Assembly (NCBI GenBank): GCA_965222225.1
Contig: CBDCTK010000002.1
Coordinates: forward strand, 256,001-320,000
Direction: 5' to 3'
Source of the DNA: Candidatus Poribacteria bacterium
Lineage (GTDB): Bacteria; Poribacteria; WGA-4E; JAJDTR01
Length of the DNA stretch: 64,000 nt
Shown: piece by piece, positions 1-9,144 of the stretch
Numbering within the stretch: position 1 is the first letter of the stretch
Layout of the letters: the number at the start of each line of letters is the position of its first letter
The notes under the pieces: generated by a model
The model's database searches: none
What the model was told of the DNA's origin: nothing
The model's input: only the letters and a program-made list of their open reading frames with translations
Program-made: the position numbers and the translations under genes

Positions 1-130
1 TTCCTATAGGGGTTGAAAATCGTCAATTTTCTTCATTTAACGATTGTTATTCATTACCATACCAGCTGTGAAGAAAAACTCGGCTTCTGTGCCCCTGTCG
101 GACAAAGGTGGCAACTTGGGTTAGTCTAAC

Positions 131-177
131 AAAAAAGCACCCTTCAACTTTAATCTAATCCTGAAGGATGCTCTTTT
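131..177 (-). terminator. Intrinsic terminator downstream of the EF-G paralog, possibly bidirectional
   Basis: Imperfect inverted repeat AAAAAAGCACCCTTCA (131-146) / TGAAGGATGCTCTTTT (162-177) with A/T tracts on both sides, about 40 nt after the stop codon. Confidence 0.65.
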
Positions 178-219
178 GACTAGATTTCGGGATGTCAATT
201 CTCGACCGCGTCACTCGTT

Positions 220-2280
220 TTACTCCTCCTTCGCCATGGCAACAACCTTTTGGGCGAGTTCATCGGGCACGATTTCGAAGCGGGAAAATTCCATCGTAAA
301 ACTCCCACGGGCACTTGTTATCGATTTGAGGTCAATTGAATAACGGAGCATCTCCGCGAGCGGAACGGTGGCTTGAATCACTTGACGCTTGCCTAACTGC
401 TCTACTCCCATCACTTGGCCTCGCTTGCTGTTCAGGTCGCCGATTATGTCACCCATGAACTGTTCGGGGACCGAGATTGAGACATCCATAATCGGCTCAA
501 GCAACGCCGGAGTCGCTTGATCCGCTGCCGCCGAGAAGGCTAAAGAACCTGCCATCTGGAATGCAAAATCGGACGAATCGACAGGATGATACTTGCCATC
601 GTAGAGTTCAATCTGCGTATCAACGAGCGGATAACCGGCAATAATTCCCTGTTCCATTTTGTTGCGGATTCCCTTTTCTACGGCGGGAATATAGTTCCTC
701 GGAATTGAGCCGCCAACAATGCTATCTACAAATTCAAACCCACTGCCTCGTTCAAGCGGCGAAATATTTATCCAGCAGTCGCCAAATTGCCCACGGCCAC
801 CGGATTGGCGTTTGTATCTTCCCTGAATCCCGCTCACACGTCTACGAATCGTCTCCCTATATGGGATCCTGGGGGGTTCAACGTCAGTTTCAACACCGAA
901 TCGATCTTTCATTCGTTCGCGCGTGAGGCTGATGTGGAGCTCCCCCAAACCTGAAACCAGGAGTTGTGAAGTGATTTCATTTCGCTCAAGCCTGAAGGTC
1001 GGGTCTTCTTCTGTCATTCTATTCAAGGTTGATATGAGTTTCTCATCATCGCCCTCCCGCAGAGGTTTGACGGCAAATGAAATCACGGGTATCGGAAATT
1101 CAATTCTGGGAAGCTGAATTGCATTACCTGTCTCGCACCACGTGTCTCCAGTCTGTGTAATGGAGAGTTTGGGGACGACTCCGATATCACCGGCAACCAC
1201 TTGGGCGGTGCTTATGGAACTGTTTCCGTGATTGAAAGCAAGCTTTCCAATCTTCTCGTTTTCTCCTCTCGTCGAATTGAAGACTTGGGAATCCCCTTTT
1301 AGAATCCCAGAGTAGACCCGAAAGAACGTGAGGCGTCCCGAGAACGGGTCAGCCATCGTCTTGAAAACGAGAGTAGACATCGGTGCGTCCGGCGAAGCAT
1401 CAAGAGTCGTTTCATCATCGACACTCTTAATGGGTTTGGCATTGGCGGGAGTCGGGAAGCAGTTTACTATGGCATCCATCAATTGTTGAACGCCGATATT
1501 TTCTAGGGCGGCGCCACAGAGCACCGGCACAATCTTGCCACTAGAAATACCCGACTGTAAGCCAACGCTAATCTCCTCATCCGTCAACTCGCCTTCAAAG
1601 AATTTCTCAATCAACTCATCGTCACCCTCCGCGGCAACCTCAACAAGCTGTTCGCGATATTCCACAGCCTGTGCTTCAAGATCGGATGGAATCTCCGATT
1701 TCGGCGCCGGTTTGTTGTCATCAGGCTTCGTGAACGCGCTCATCTGAACAAGATCTGCTACCCCCGTGAATTTGTCTTCTGCACCAATCGGAAGTTGTAC
1801 GACGGTTGCGCTTACCTCTAAAATTTCCTCAACACTTGCTAACGCAGTTTCAAAGTTGGCGTTCTCCTTGTCCATTTTATTAACAAAGATTAGCCGTGGT
1901 AGATTATACTTATCCGCAATTTCCCAGACCTTTTCCGTGCCTCCCTCTACGCCGGTTGTTGCGTCAATCACCACGACGACAGCGTCAGAAACGCGGAGAA
2001 CACTCTCAAGATCGCCGTAGAAATCTTCTGCTCCCGGTGTATCAATGATATTTAACTTGTGTTCGTTCCATTCTGCAATACATACTGAACAGTTAAGTGT
2101 TGTTTTACGTTCTATTTCGTCCGGAGAGTAATCGGCTACGGTGTTCCCTTGGTCGACATGCCCCATTCTCTCAACTGCGCCGCCGTTATAGAGCATAGCC
2201 TCAATTAGCGAAGTCTTTCCCGCGCCGGAATGTGCAATTACTCCGATGTTTCGAATCTGTTCTGTTCGGTATTCTCTCAT
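220..2280 (-). CDS. fusA: Elongation factor G-like GTPase (EF-G2-type paralog)
   Basis: AHSGAGKTS, DTPG and NKMD motifs; domain IV KRQSGGRGQFG and YHPVDSSD; LLEPIM; 686 aa; divergent G1, switch I and G3 motifs. Confidence 0.92.
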   Translation of the reverse strand: MREYRTEQIRNIGVIAHSGAGKTSLIEAMLYNGGAVERMGHVDQGNTVADYSPDEIERKTTLNCSVCIAEWNEHKLNIIDTPGAEDFYGDLESVLRVSDAVVVVIDATTGVEGGTEKVWEIADKYNLPRLIFVNKMDKENANFETALASVEEILEVSATVVQLPIGAEDKFTGVADLVQMSAFTKPDDNKPAPKSEIPSDLEAQAVEYREQLVEVAAEGDDELIEKFFEGELTDEEISVGLQSGISSGKIVPVLCGAALENIGVQQLMDAIVNCFPTPANAKPIKSVDDETTLDASPDAPMSTLVFKTMADPFSGRLTFFRVYSGILKGDSQVFNSTRGENEKIGKLAFNHGNSSISTAQVVAGDIGVVPKLSITQTGDTWCETGNAIQLPRIEFPIPVISFAVKPLREGDDEKLISTLNRMTEEDPTFRLERNEITSQLLVSGLGELHISLTRERMKDRFGVETDVEPPRIPYRETIRRRVSGIQGRYKRQSGGRGQFGDCWINISPLERGSGFEFVDSIVGGSIPRNYIPAVEKGIRNKMEQGIIAGYPLVDTQIELYDGKYHPVDSSDFAFQMAGSLAFSAAADQATPALLEPIMDVSISVPEQFMGDIIGDLNSKRGQVMGVEQLGKRQVIQATVPLAEMLRYSIDLKSITSARGSFTMEFSRFEIVPDELAQKVVAMAKEE

Positions 2281-2329
2281 GTTGTTGCGAGCTCTCCTTA
2301 TGGTGTCAATCTACCACAAAAGTTGCGTG

Positions 2330-2358
2330 AGTTTAGCACACGCCTATAGGAAAAGCAA
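2330..2358 (-). promoter_or_regulatory. Putative sigma70 promoter for the EF-G paralog
   Basis: Minus strand TTGCTT-17 nt-TAAACT with an extended -10 TG, 50 nt upstream of the ATG. Confidence 0.5.
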
Positions 2359-2665
2359 GCCAAAATGTGTGCAATGAATCGGTCAGAGGCAAGCTTCAAT
2401 GTTGCATCAATCAGAGGCGTCATAGGTGCAAAACCTTAACAACTTAAAGACGAGAAGCCAAACAAGAAAACGGAGTAAGCATGCCGTATCAGATAATTTG
2501 GGAGTCCATAAGTTTAGGGGATCCGTCGCCAACCTACATCCACCGCACTCCACGATATAGAATTTCTACAACCTGCGTTGTTCAAGGGATGGTATACTTT
2601 GCTGTTAGTGGAAAATTGTCTATCGGTAAATTGATTGCGGTTCTTTTATTTGGAGGACAACAGCG

Positions 2666-3037
2666 ATGCAACAAATCTTCTTCTCTCTTGGTGCCGGTTT
2701 TGCTCTGCTCTCGGTAGCGATTGGTGCCTTTGCCGCCCATGCGCTGAAAACAAAGCTTTCGACGGAGATGTTGGCAATCTTCGAAATCGGCGCGCGTTAT
2801 CAGATGTATCATGCCTTGGGCCTGATTGCGATTGCTTGGGCTTTTTCCCAGTGGAACAGTCAACTCGTCCTCGCTGCAGGCTGGCTTTTTGTAGCCGGTA
2901 TTGCCATTTTTTCGGGTAGTCTCTACGCACTGAGTCTAACCGGCATCCGCCAACTCGGCGCGATTACGCCAATTGGTGGCTTGGCGTTCATTATTGGCTG
3001 GTTCTTGCTTGTTTTGGCGGCGTTGCGAAGTCAATGA
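2666..3037 (+). CDS. DUF423 (YgdD/TMEM256-like) membrane protein
   Basis: GAFAAHAL, YQMYH, FSGSLY and GAITPIGG motifs; four hydrophobic segments; RBS GGAGG. Confidence 0.9.
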   Translation: MQQIFFSLGAGFALLSVAIGAFAAHALKTKLSTEMLAIFEIGARYQMYHALGLIAIAWAFSQWNSQLVLAAGWLFVAGIAIFSGSLYALSLTGIRQLGAITPIGGLAFIIGWFLLVLAALRSQ

Positions 3038-3082
3038 CTGAAACGATTTGGAATTATTCGTTTCGGCTGACAAGGATTCTAT

Positions 3083-4225
3083 ATGAAAATGCAAACACCA
3101 GTGATTAATTGGAATGAATGGCGGGGGCAGTTTCCGGTAACCGAGAACTATATCTACATGAATCACGCGGGAGTTGCTCCGCTATCTCTCCGTGCACGGA
3201 ATTCCATGCGAGAGTTTCTAAACGACGCTACCGATGACGGAGCTATACATTCGGAGGATTGGGCGGCGACAGCGGAAGCCTGCCGTCAATCGGCGGCGAA
3301 ACTGCTCCACGCCAACATCAATGAAATTGCGTTTATGAAAAACACCACACAGGGAATCCTTCTCGCGGCAAACGGGATCGATTGGCATGAGGGTGAAAAC
3401 GTCGTAACAACGGCAGTGGAATTTCCCGCGAACGTATACCCATGGTGGAGTTTGAAGGAACGGTACGGCGTAGAAACGCGGATGGTCGCCGAACGAGAAG
3501 GACGGATTTCCATTGATGAGCTTAAAGCTGCCATTGACTCACGCACTCGAGCGCTAACAATCAGCCATGTGGAGTTTGCATCCGGTTTTCGACACGATAT
3601 TCAGGCTATCGGGGAGATTTGTCGAGAGAAGGGCATTTGGTTCGTCGTGGACGCGATTCAAAGTGTCGGCGTGATTGACGTTGACGTGAAGGTTTGCTGC
3701 ATTGACATTTTAGCTGCCGACGGACATAAATGGTTGTGTGCACCCGAAGGTGCGGCAATCTTTTACTGTGCGGAGGAGCGACAAGATCGGCTGATTAACA
3801 CAAATCTTGGCTGGGCAGGTGTAGTCAATCCTCGAGATTTCCTCAATTACAATCTTACGCCGAAACCCGACGCAACACGATTTGAGGAGGGGTCGTACAA
3901 CAGCATAGGATTGTTTGGATTGCGCGCCGCAATTGATTTGCTCTTGGAGATTGGCGTGCCCCAAATTGAGAAGCGGGTAATGGATCTGACCGGACGCTTG
4001 ATTGACGGGCTCCAATCCAAAGGGTACCACGTCTCAACGCCAACGAAGGAATCGGAGAGATCCGGTATCGTTGTATTCCGCAGTGATCGCCACACGACAA
4101 CCGAACTTTACCTGCTACTCCAACGAGCTAACGTGGTTTTTGCCGAACGTGGAGGTTTGCGCCTGTCACCACACTATTATAACGCTACCGCAGAGATTGA
4201 ACAGATCTTAGATATTCTTCCGTAG
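3083..4225 (+). CDS. Aminotransferase class V PLP enzyme (cysteine desulfurase-like)
   Basis: YMNHAG, VDAIQSVG, ADGHKWLCAPEG (PLP lysine) and RLSPHYYN motifs. Confidence 0.9.
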   Translation: MKMQTPVINWNEWRGQFPVTENYIYMNHAGVAPLSLRARNSMREFLNDATDDGAIHSEDWAATAEACRQSAAKLLHANINEIAFMKNTTQGILLAANGIDWHEGENVVTTAVEFPANVYPWWSLKERYGVETRMVAEREGRISIDELKAAIDSRTRALTISHVEFASGFRHDIQAIGEICREKGIWFVVDAIQSVGVIDVDVKVCCIDILAADGHKWLCAPEGAAIFYCAEERQDRLINTNLGWAGVVNPRDFLNYNLTPKPDATRFEEGSYNSIGLFGLRAAIDLLLEIGVPQIEKRVMDLTGRLIDGLQSKGYHVSTPTKESERSGIVVFRSDRHTTTELYLLLQRANVVFAERGGLRLSPHYYNATAEIEQILDILP

Positions 4226-4236
4226 GCGATTTTGAA

Positions 4237-4265
4237 TTGGCAATCCGCATTGACTATGATAGAAT
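4237..4265 (+). promoter_or_regulatory. Putative sigma70 promoter
   Basis: TTGGCA-17 nt-TAGAAT with an extended -10 TG, upstream of the lipoprotein gene. Confidence 0.5.
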
Positions 4266-4349
4266 GTAGTTGCCGACGCGAATACGGCGAAACGATGAAA
4301 ATGCACAATTTTCTGGATACCTATTTTTGTCTTCAAGGAGCGATTTAGA

Positions 4350-5825
4350 TTGATTAAACTCAACTGGCGGCACTGTTGGATTCTGGCTCTCATATTTGGA
4401 TTAATTGGTTGCACTCCTCCCGGCAGCAGAAATAGAAAAATTCCACAAATAAATCTCACCGTCCAAAACACTCTGCCAATCCAACGAAGAGATGTCCCGG
4501 TTGTGGTTACTCTGAATGAATTAAGGAAAATCGCTCCCGACTTTTCATTTGACGCTTACCTCGTCGTTTCTGGCCAACCCTCGGAAGAAATCCCAAGTCA
4601 AGCAGACGATCTAAACTATGATGGGCAAAAAGATGAGCTAGTGTTCCTTGCCAATCTTGAACCCCAAGAAACCAAGGTATTTACAATCCGCTATACTCCG
4701 TACAACCCGGTGACAGTAATGCTTGGGTTTCATACGCGTACACGGGCGGGCATATTCCCGGAGTTGGGCGGCATAGCCGCGCTGGAATCCGAGCTAGCAG
4801 CCTATCGCCTCCTGCACAACGGAGCAATTCAGCCGTATGGCAAGAAAACAGATTTCTTGTTGAGTGTTGAATCGCGTTTCCAAGGTGATTTGGGATATCG
4901 GACATCCATCTCGCCCGAATTGCGCAGGGAATTTGACAAAAACAATGTTCCGATTTCCCAGAACACCGTGGTTGAGATTCTGAAACCGTACAGTAGTTGG
5001 GTAATACGTAATCAAGAAAATCAACAGACGTACTTAATCCGCAAAGATGAGGACGACCTAAAGATCTACAAGGGGGAGGAACTGTCCATTGATCGGTTGG
5101 TGCGTCAGACAAAGGACCAATCAAGTGCTTACGAGGCGGATATGATTCCGCTTGCTTCGGAAAAGGAGTTGATAGGTTGCGGTGGATTCGCGCTATGGGA
5201 TGAAAGAGAGCAGAAACTAATTGATCCAACTGAGGCAGTGGACTATGTACGGGTCATTGCCGACGGACCCATTAGATCGGTGGTCCAGCGGATTATTCCG
5301 TACTGGCGGCTCAGTGAAGGCGCTATTCGGCTGACATCAACGGTGATGATTTACGGTGGAAACCGTTGGATTGAACACCATATCGACATCCAAGGGCTCA
5401 CATCGAACCATTGGATTGCGACGGGGATTCCGGCTCTCGCTAACGGAGTTGGGAAAGATGGAGCCAACGGGTGGTTATGGACGTGGGGTGACACGAATAC
5501 TGCGTCATTCTCTAAAAAGTGTGGTATGGGCGTGATTTTCCCCACTGATCGATATCAGAGATTTGAGGATTTACCCTCGCTTGATTCCGGATCGGGTTCA
5601 ATAGTGGCGCTGCTGCGTCCAAATGAAAATGGCTTTCTAAGGTATTACGCTTTTTCGCTTTGGGGGGACGCAGTGGATGGTCTAGGTACAAAGGATGAGT
5701 TTGATGAGTACGCCCAAATCACTGCGGCCGCACTTAACACGCCTCCGGTGCTAAAACTATTGTCGGAAGAGTCTGAGAATGAAAGGAAGGGAAGTGAGGA
5801 GAACGACGAGCAGGCGAGTGAGTAA
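4350..5825 (+). CDS. Lipoprotein, DUF4861-like, with an internal insertion
   Basis: Lipobox LIGC; IPSQADDLNYDGQKDELVFLA, ESELAAYR, GCGG and IADGPIRS segments resemble DUF4861 proteins. Confidence 0.65.
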   Translation: MIKLNWRHCWILALIFGLIGCTPPGSRNRKIPQINLTVQNTLPIQRRDVPVVVTLNELRKIAPDFSFDAYLVVSGQPSEEIPSQADDLNYDGQKDELVFLANLEPQETKVFTIRYTPYNPVTVMLGFHTRTRAGIFPELGGIAALESELAAYRLLHNGAIQPYGKKTDFLLSVESRFQGDLGYRTSISPELRREFDKNNVPISQNTVVEILKPYSSWVIRNQENQQTYLIRKDEDDLKIYKGEELSIDRLVRQTKDQSSAYEADMIPLASEKELIGCGGFALWDEREQKLIDPTEAVDYVRVIADGPIRSVVQRIIPYWRLSEGAIRLTSTVMIYGGNRWIEHHIDIQGLTSNHWIATGIPALANGVGKDGANGWLWTWGDTNTASFSKKCGMGVIFPTDRYQRFEDLPSLDSGSGSIVALLRPNENGFLRYYAFSLWGDAVDGLGTKDEFDEYAQITAAALNTPPVLKLLSEESENERKGSEENDEQASE

Positions 5826-5835
5826 ACCCGGTTTC

Positions 5836-5925
5836 TGTAGGATTGAGCTTTGCTCGCAATGAGAAGCCGCGACCAGGAGATTGGATCTCTATCGCACTCG
5901 CTGCCCACTCGATTAATCTCCTACA
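5836..5925. repeat. GTAG-bounded intergenic repeat carrying the dispersed CTCTATCGC module
   Basis: TGTAGGA...TCCTACA ends; internal GGATCTCTATCGCACTCG...TTAATCTCC module recurs near 15013-15110, 18720-18765, 26578-26624, 38752-38806 and 47461-47495. Confidence 0.6.
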
Positions 5926-6038
5926 GTAGAGTTGTCGTAACAATCTTCTGCCATCATATCGCCTTCGTCTATTGACATGCAATCCATAATTTGTGTAAAT
6001 GTGAATGTAGAGGACTATAATTGCGAGGACGCGAAAAT

Positions 6039-6632
6039 ATGATTGATAAAGAGGAATGTCTAAGGATTCTTGCGAAATATCGGACGGATGAAGTGATGGT
6101 TACGAGCATGGGCACTACTATTCCGTGGAGTAAGTTTTCCGATCATCTGCTCGATTACGCTTCGGTGGGGAGCGCAATGGGACACGCGGCTGACTTTGCT
6201 CTCGGCATCGCTCTGGCACAGCCCGATCGAAAAGTGCTGACGCTCAACGGGGATGGGAGCATGTTGATGTGTCTGGGTACGCTTGCAACTATTGCGGGTC
6301 TGGAGAAGCCTGCTCGTAACTTCTATCTCTTTGTTTGTCACAATGGAACGTATGAGGTGACGGGCAATCAGCACATTCCGGGACGTTCAGGGTTTAGTTT
6401 TTCAACGATTGCCAAGGGGGTGGGGTTGGAGAAGGTTTACGACTTCAACACGGCAGAGTCGCTTGACGCATCTCTGCCGGATATTTTGAACGAGGATGGG
6501 CCCGCGCTCATCACTCTGGAGATGATACCCGCCAACGAGCCGCCGCCGCATCGAAGTCCGGATAATCCGGCGCGTTATCTGGCGGGCACTCTCGCGGAAT
6601 CGACACATGAGTTGAAGGACGCGCTGTCTTGA
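6039..6632 (+). CDS. ThDP-binding protein, sulfopyruvate/phosphonopyruvate decarboxylase beta-subunit-like
   Basis: GSAMGH, NGDGSMLM (GDG motif) and HNGTYEVTGNQ; start placed at ATG 6039 within ORF 6021-6632. Confidence 0.8.
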   Translation: MIDKEECLRILAKYRTDEVMVTSMGTTIPWSKFSDHLLDYASVGSAMGHAADFALGIALAQPDRKVLTLNGDGSMLMCLGTLATIAGLEKPARNFYLFVCHNGTYEVTGNQHIPGRSGFSFSTIAKGVGLEKVYDFNTAESLDASLPDILNEDGPALITLEMIPANEPPPHRSPDNPARYLAGTLAESTHELKDALS

Positions 6633-6936
6633 TACGAAGAGAAGGCCTGATACCACGAAGCGTGTGAGCAATCAGAATGGCTCCAATCTGCTTTGCGAGT
6701 CAAATATATTTGAACGAGTCAACTCGTTTATTTGCTTATGTAAAATCTAGTTCATTGCAAGAATCCCATGAAATTAATGTGCGACTAATGGATTGGAATA
6801 ATGTAGGCCATTAGCCATCTGCAGTGTAGTCATGCGGTTTAACATTTAAGCTCCTTTGCGGTTAAAGGCTACAGTGGCCCACAAGAGCCAATAGCAAATA
6901 TCCATGGACAGCCTAACTAAATGAATTCAAAACTAA

Positions 6937-7980
6937 TAGGAGTTACGCAGTTGGCTGAAGCGTATAAAGAGGTTGTGCCAAATAAGCCCGTACCGCATCT
7001 CTGACAATAGAGAGTTTTGCATCAAACCAACTGATACCGGTATGATAGCAATAGTGCTCAATTCTCAGAAAGGCTCTCAGCGCTAAACCGATATGATTTC
7101 TTTGAGTGCGAGCAGAGCGCACTTGTGCGCGTTCAATGCCAACAAATTGCTTAATCCCGCGATGATATTCTTCTATTGTCCAAGACCATTCGGCATATTT
7201 GAGACGCGTCAATTCGTCCATCTGTAAATCATTCGTTGCCCAATATTCAATGTCACCTTCTGGAGTGTCAACCTTAAATACTCGAATCAATCCATAGCCT
7301 TTGAGATGGACAATTGTACCTGTTGATTCACTCGGAAGCGTACTCACCGGACGGTTACCGGAATAATCTTTACTGACAAGTCGGTTGGCAGCTAGACGAG
7401 TAAGCCACTTCCAACCATGACCTCGCACCGCTTTTAGATTCTTTAGACTGGCATACCAACTATCAAAACACACACATTCAGGAGCAAAACCGCGTGTTTT
7501 CGCTTCTTCAAGCATGGCGCGGAAATGCTCATTCTTCGTCAAGCCGTCTTTGGCTTTATCATAGATTCGATAATCACACGGAATATGTCTATCGCCATCC
7601 GTCCAGAGCAAAGTGACCAAGTTAATCCCATTCACAACTCGGTGGTGTTTCCCTGACCAGTGTTTTGTCACGAGTTCAATCTTTTGTGAATAAGGTTTAT
7701 CCAGAGTCGAGTCATCTATAACTAAAATTCCGGATTCTAATTTCACCTGATTTCTCGATTCTTGCCACAGTTTGCCAGTATCGGGTTCCTCTCGATGCAA
7801 GAGCCGTGTTATCGAATCGTGAGCCGGAGGATTATCAGCTTGGGGTTGAACTTTTTCCGATTCAAGACAACTGTAACTTTTCTGAGCGGCTACCAAGAAA
7901 TCAATATAGTCAGTGTCAGTATATTTAGGGGGATTCATACTCAAATTATAACCTATTTTCACTCAACTGCGTAACTCCTA
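6937..7980 (-). mobile_element. IS701-family insertion sequence, copy 1 (1044 bp)
   Basis: Perfect 17-bp TIRs TAGGAGTTACGCAGTTG (6937-6953) / CAACTGCGTAACTCCTA (7964-7980); 5-bp direct repeat ACTAA at 6932-6936 and 7981-7985; second copy at 32446-33489. Confidence 0.92.
6943..7962 (-). CDS. IS701-family DDE transposase
   Basis: IDDSTLDKPY, WSGKHH, FDSWY and WTIEEYHRGIKQ motifs; stop codon lies inside the TIR; likely start is ATG 7938. Confidence 0.9.
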   Translation of the reverse strand: MKIGYNLSMNPPKYTDTDYIDFLVAAQKSYSCLESEKVQPQADNPPAHDSITRLLHREEPDTGKLWQESRNQVKLESGILVIDDSTLDKPYSQKIELVTKHWSGKHHRVVNGINLVTLLWTDGDRHIPCDYRIYDKAKDGLTKNEHFRAMLEEAKTRGFAPECVCFDSWYASLKNLKAVRGHGWKWLTRLAANRLVSKDYSGNRPVSTLPSESTGTIVHLKGYGLIRVFKVDTPEGDIEYWATNDLQMDELTRLKYAEWSWTIEEYHRGIKQFVGIERAQVRSARTQRNHIGLALRAFLRIEHYCYHTGISWFDAKLSIVRDAVRAYLAQPLYTLQPTA

Positions 7981-8193
7981 ACTAAATGAATTCAATCAGT
8001 ATGGGTTGCGGAAAAGCATATTGACCAACAACACGAACAACAAGCAAGTATAATCGTGCATTCTTGACTCTTTTGCCTAAGCACAAGTATAAGAAACACC
8101 AAGGACCAAGACAAACCAGATTCTTGGAACTCTACAGTCCTTGCCTTTAAGCCACCCGTGAGCCTGCGAGTGTAAATCGTAGTGTAGGTCCTT

Positions 8194-9144
8194 CTATTCC
8201 AAGATTTTCGACACCGTATAATCTTTGGATTTTCGATCCTGCATAAAAACAATAATCTCGCCGAGCAGACCGATGGAAATCAGTTGAACGCCCATAACCA
8301 TCAATAAAACTCCCAAGATGAGAAATGGACGCCCTACGAGGGTTTCGTGACCCAATAGCTGAAGGACAACCGTAACAGCTGCAATCAGTCCTCCCGCACC
8401 AAATAGCCCGGAACCAAGCAACCCAAAAAACCTAAAAGGTCTTTTCGTAAACTTGAAAAGGAAGAATAGGGTTAGGAGATCAAGTAACCTCTTCAAGCAG
8501 ATTCCGGGATGGCTTACCCTTCGGTTCTTGTCAGTTTCGCTTTGCCGTACCGGCACCTCCACAATTTTAAAGCCTCGCTGATAAGCCAAAAACGGCAGAA
8601 ATCGGTGAAGATCGCCGTAGAGCCGAACTTCCGCCGCAACCTCTCGCCTCATTACGCGCAGTCGGCAGCCGATGTCATGATATTTCAACTTGGTCAGCAT
8701 TCGTGTAAGCCGATGGAAAACCCAAGACTGAAGCCGATTGAAAACCGAGTCAATTCGGGGCTCTCGCCGCGATATTACCAAGTCGCATTCTCCCTCGCCG
8801 AATTCTTGAAGTACGCGACCAATTTCAGCCGGTTCGACCTGTAAATAAGGTGCGAGTGTCAGAATGGTTGAACCCTGAGCATGCTCAAATCCGATAGCGA
8901 GGGCAGTTGCTTCACCAACCCTCCGATTCGTTGTGATAACTTCAAGTTGTGCAAACTCGCTCTTCAAACCCTTTAAGATTTCGAGTGCCGCGAGAATATC
9001 ACCATCCAAGACAAAGATGAGTTCGTAAGAATAGTTATTTGTTGAGAGCACCTCCGCATATTGAAGGTAGAGTTTCCGAAGGTCATCATACCGCTCAGAT
9101 ATTGGAATTATGACCGAAAGCGTGACTGTATTCTCAGACTGCAT
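8194..9144 (-). CDS. GT2 glycosyltransferase, ArnC/GtrB-like, with divergent catalytic motifs
   Basis: LSVIIP, FVLDG and YGDLHRFLP motifs; two C-terminal TM helices; the DxD segment reads LAPYLQ; start placed at ATG 9144. Confidence 0.8.
   Translation of the reverse strand: MQSENTVTLSVIIPISERYDDLRKLYLQYAEVLSTNNYSYELIFVLDGDILAALEILKGLKSEFAQLEVITTNRRVGEATALAIGFEHAQGSTILTLAPYLQVEPAEIGRVLQEFGEGECDLVISRREPRIDSVFNRLQSWVFHRLTRMLTKLKYHDIGCRLRVMRREVAAEVRLYGDLHRFLPFLAYQRGFKIVEVPVRQSETDKNRRVSHPGICLKRLLDLLTLFFLFKFTKRPFRFFGLLGSGLFGAGGLIAAVTVVLQLLGHETLVGRPFLILGVLLMVMGVQLISIGLLGEIIVFMQDRKSKDYTVSKILE

Noticed and set aside
7992-8252. 86-aa ORF next to IS copy 1
   Set aside because: It overlaps the GT2 3' end and has no RBS or motifs; at best an unidentifiable remnant.
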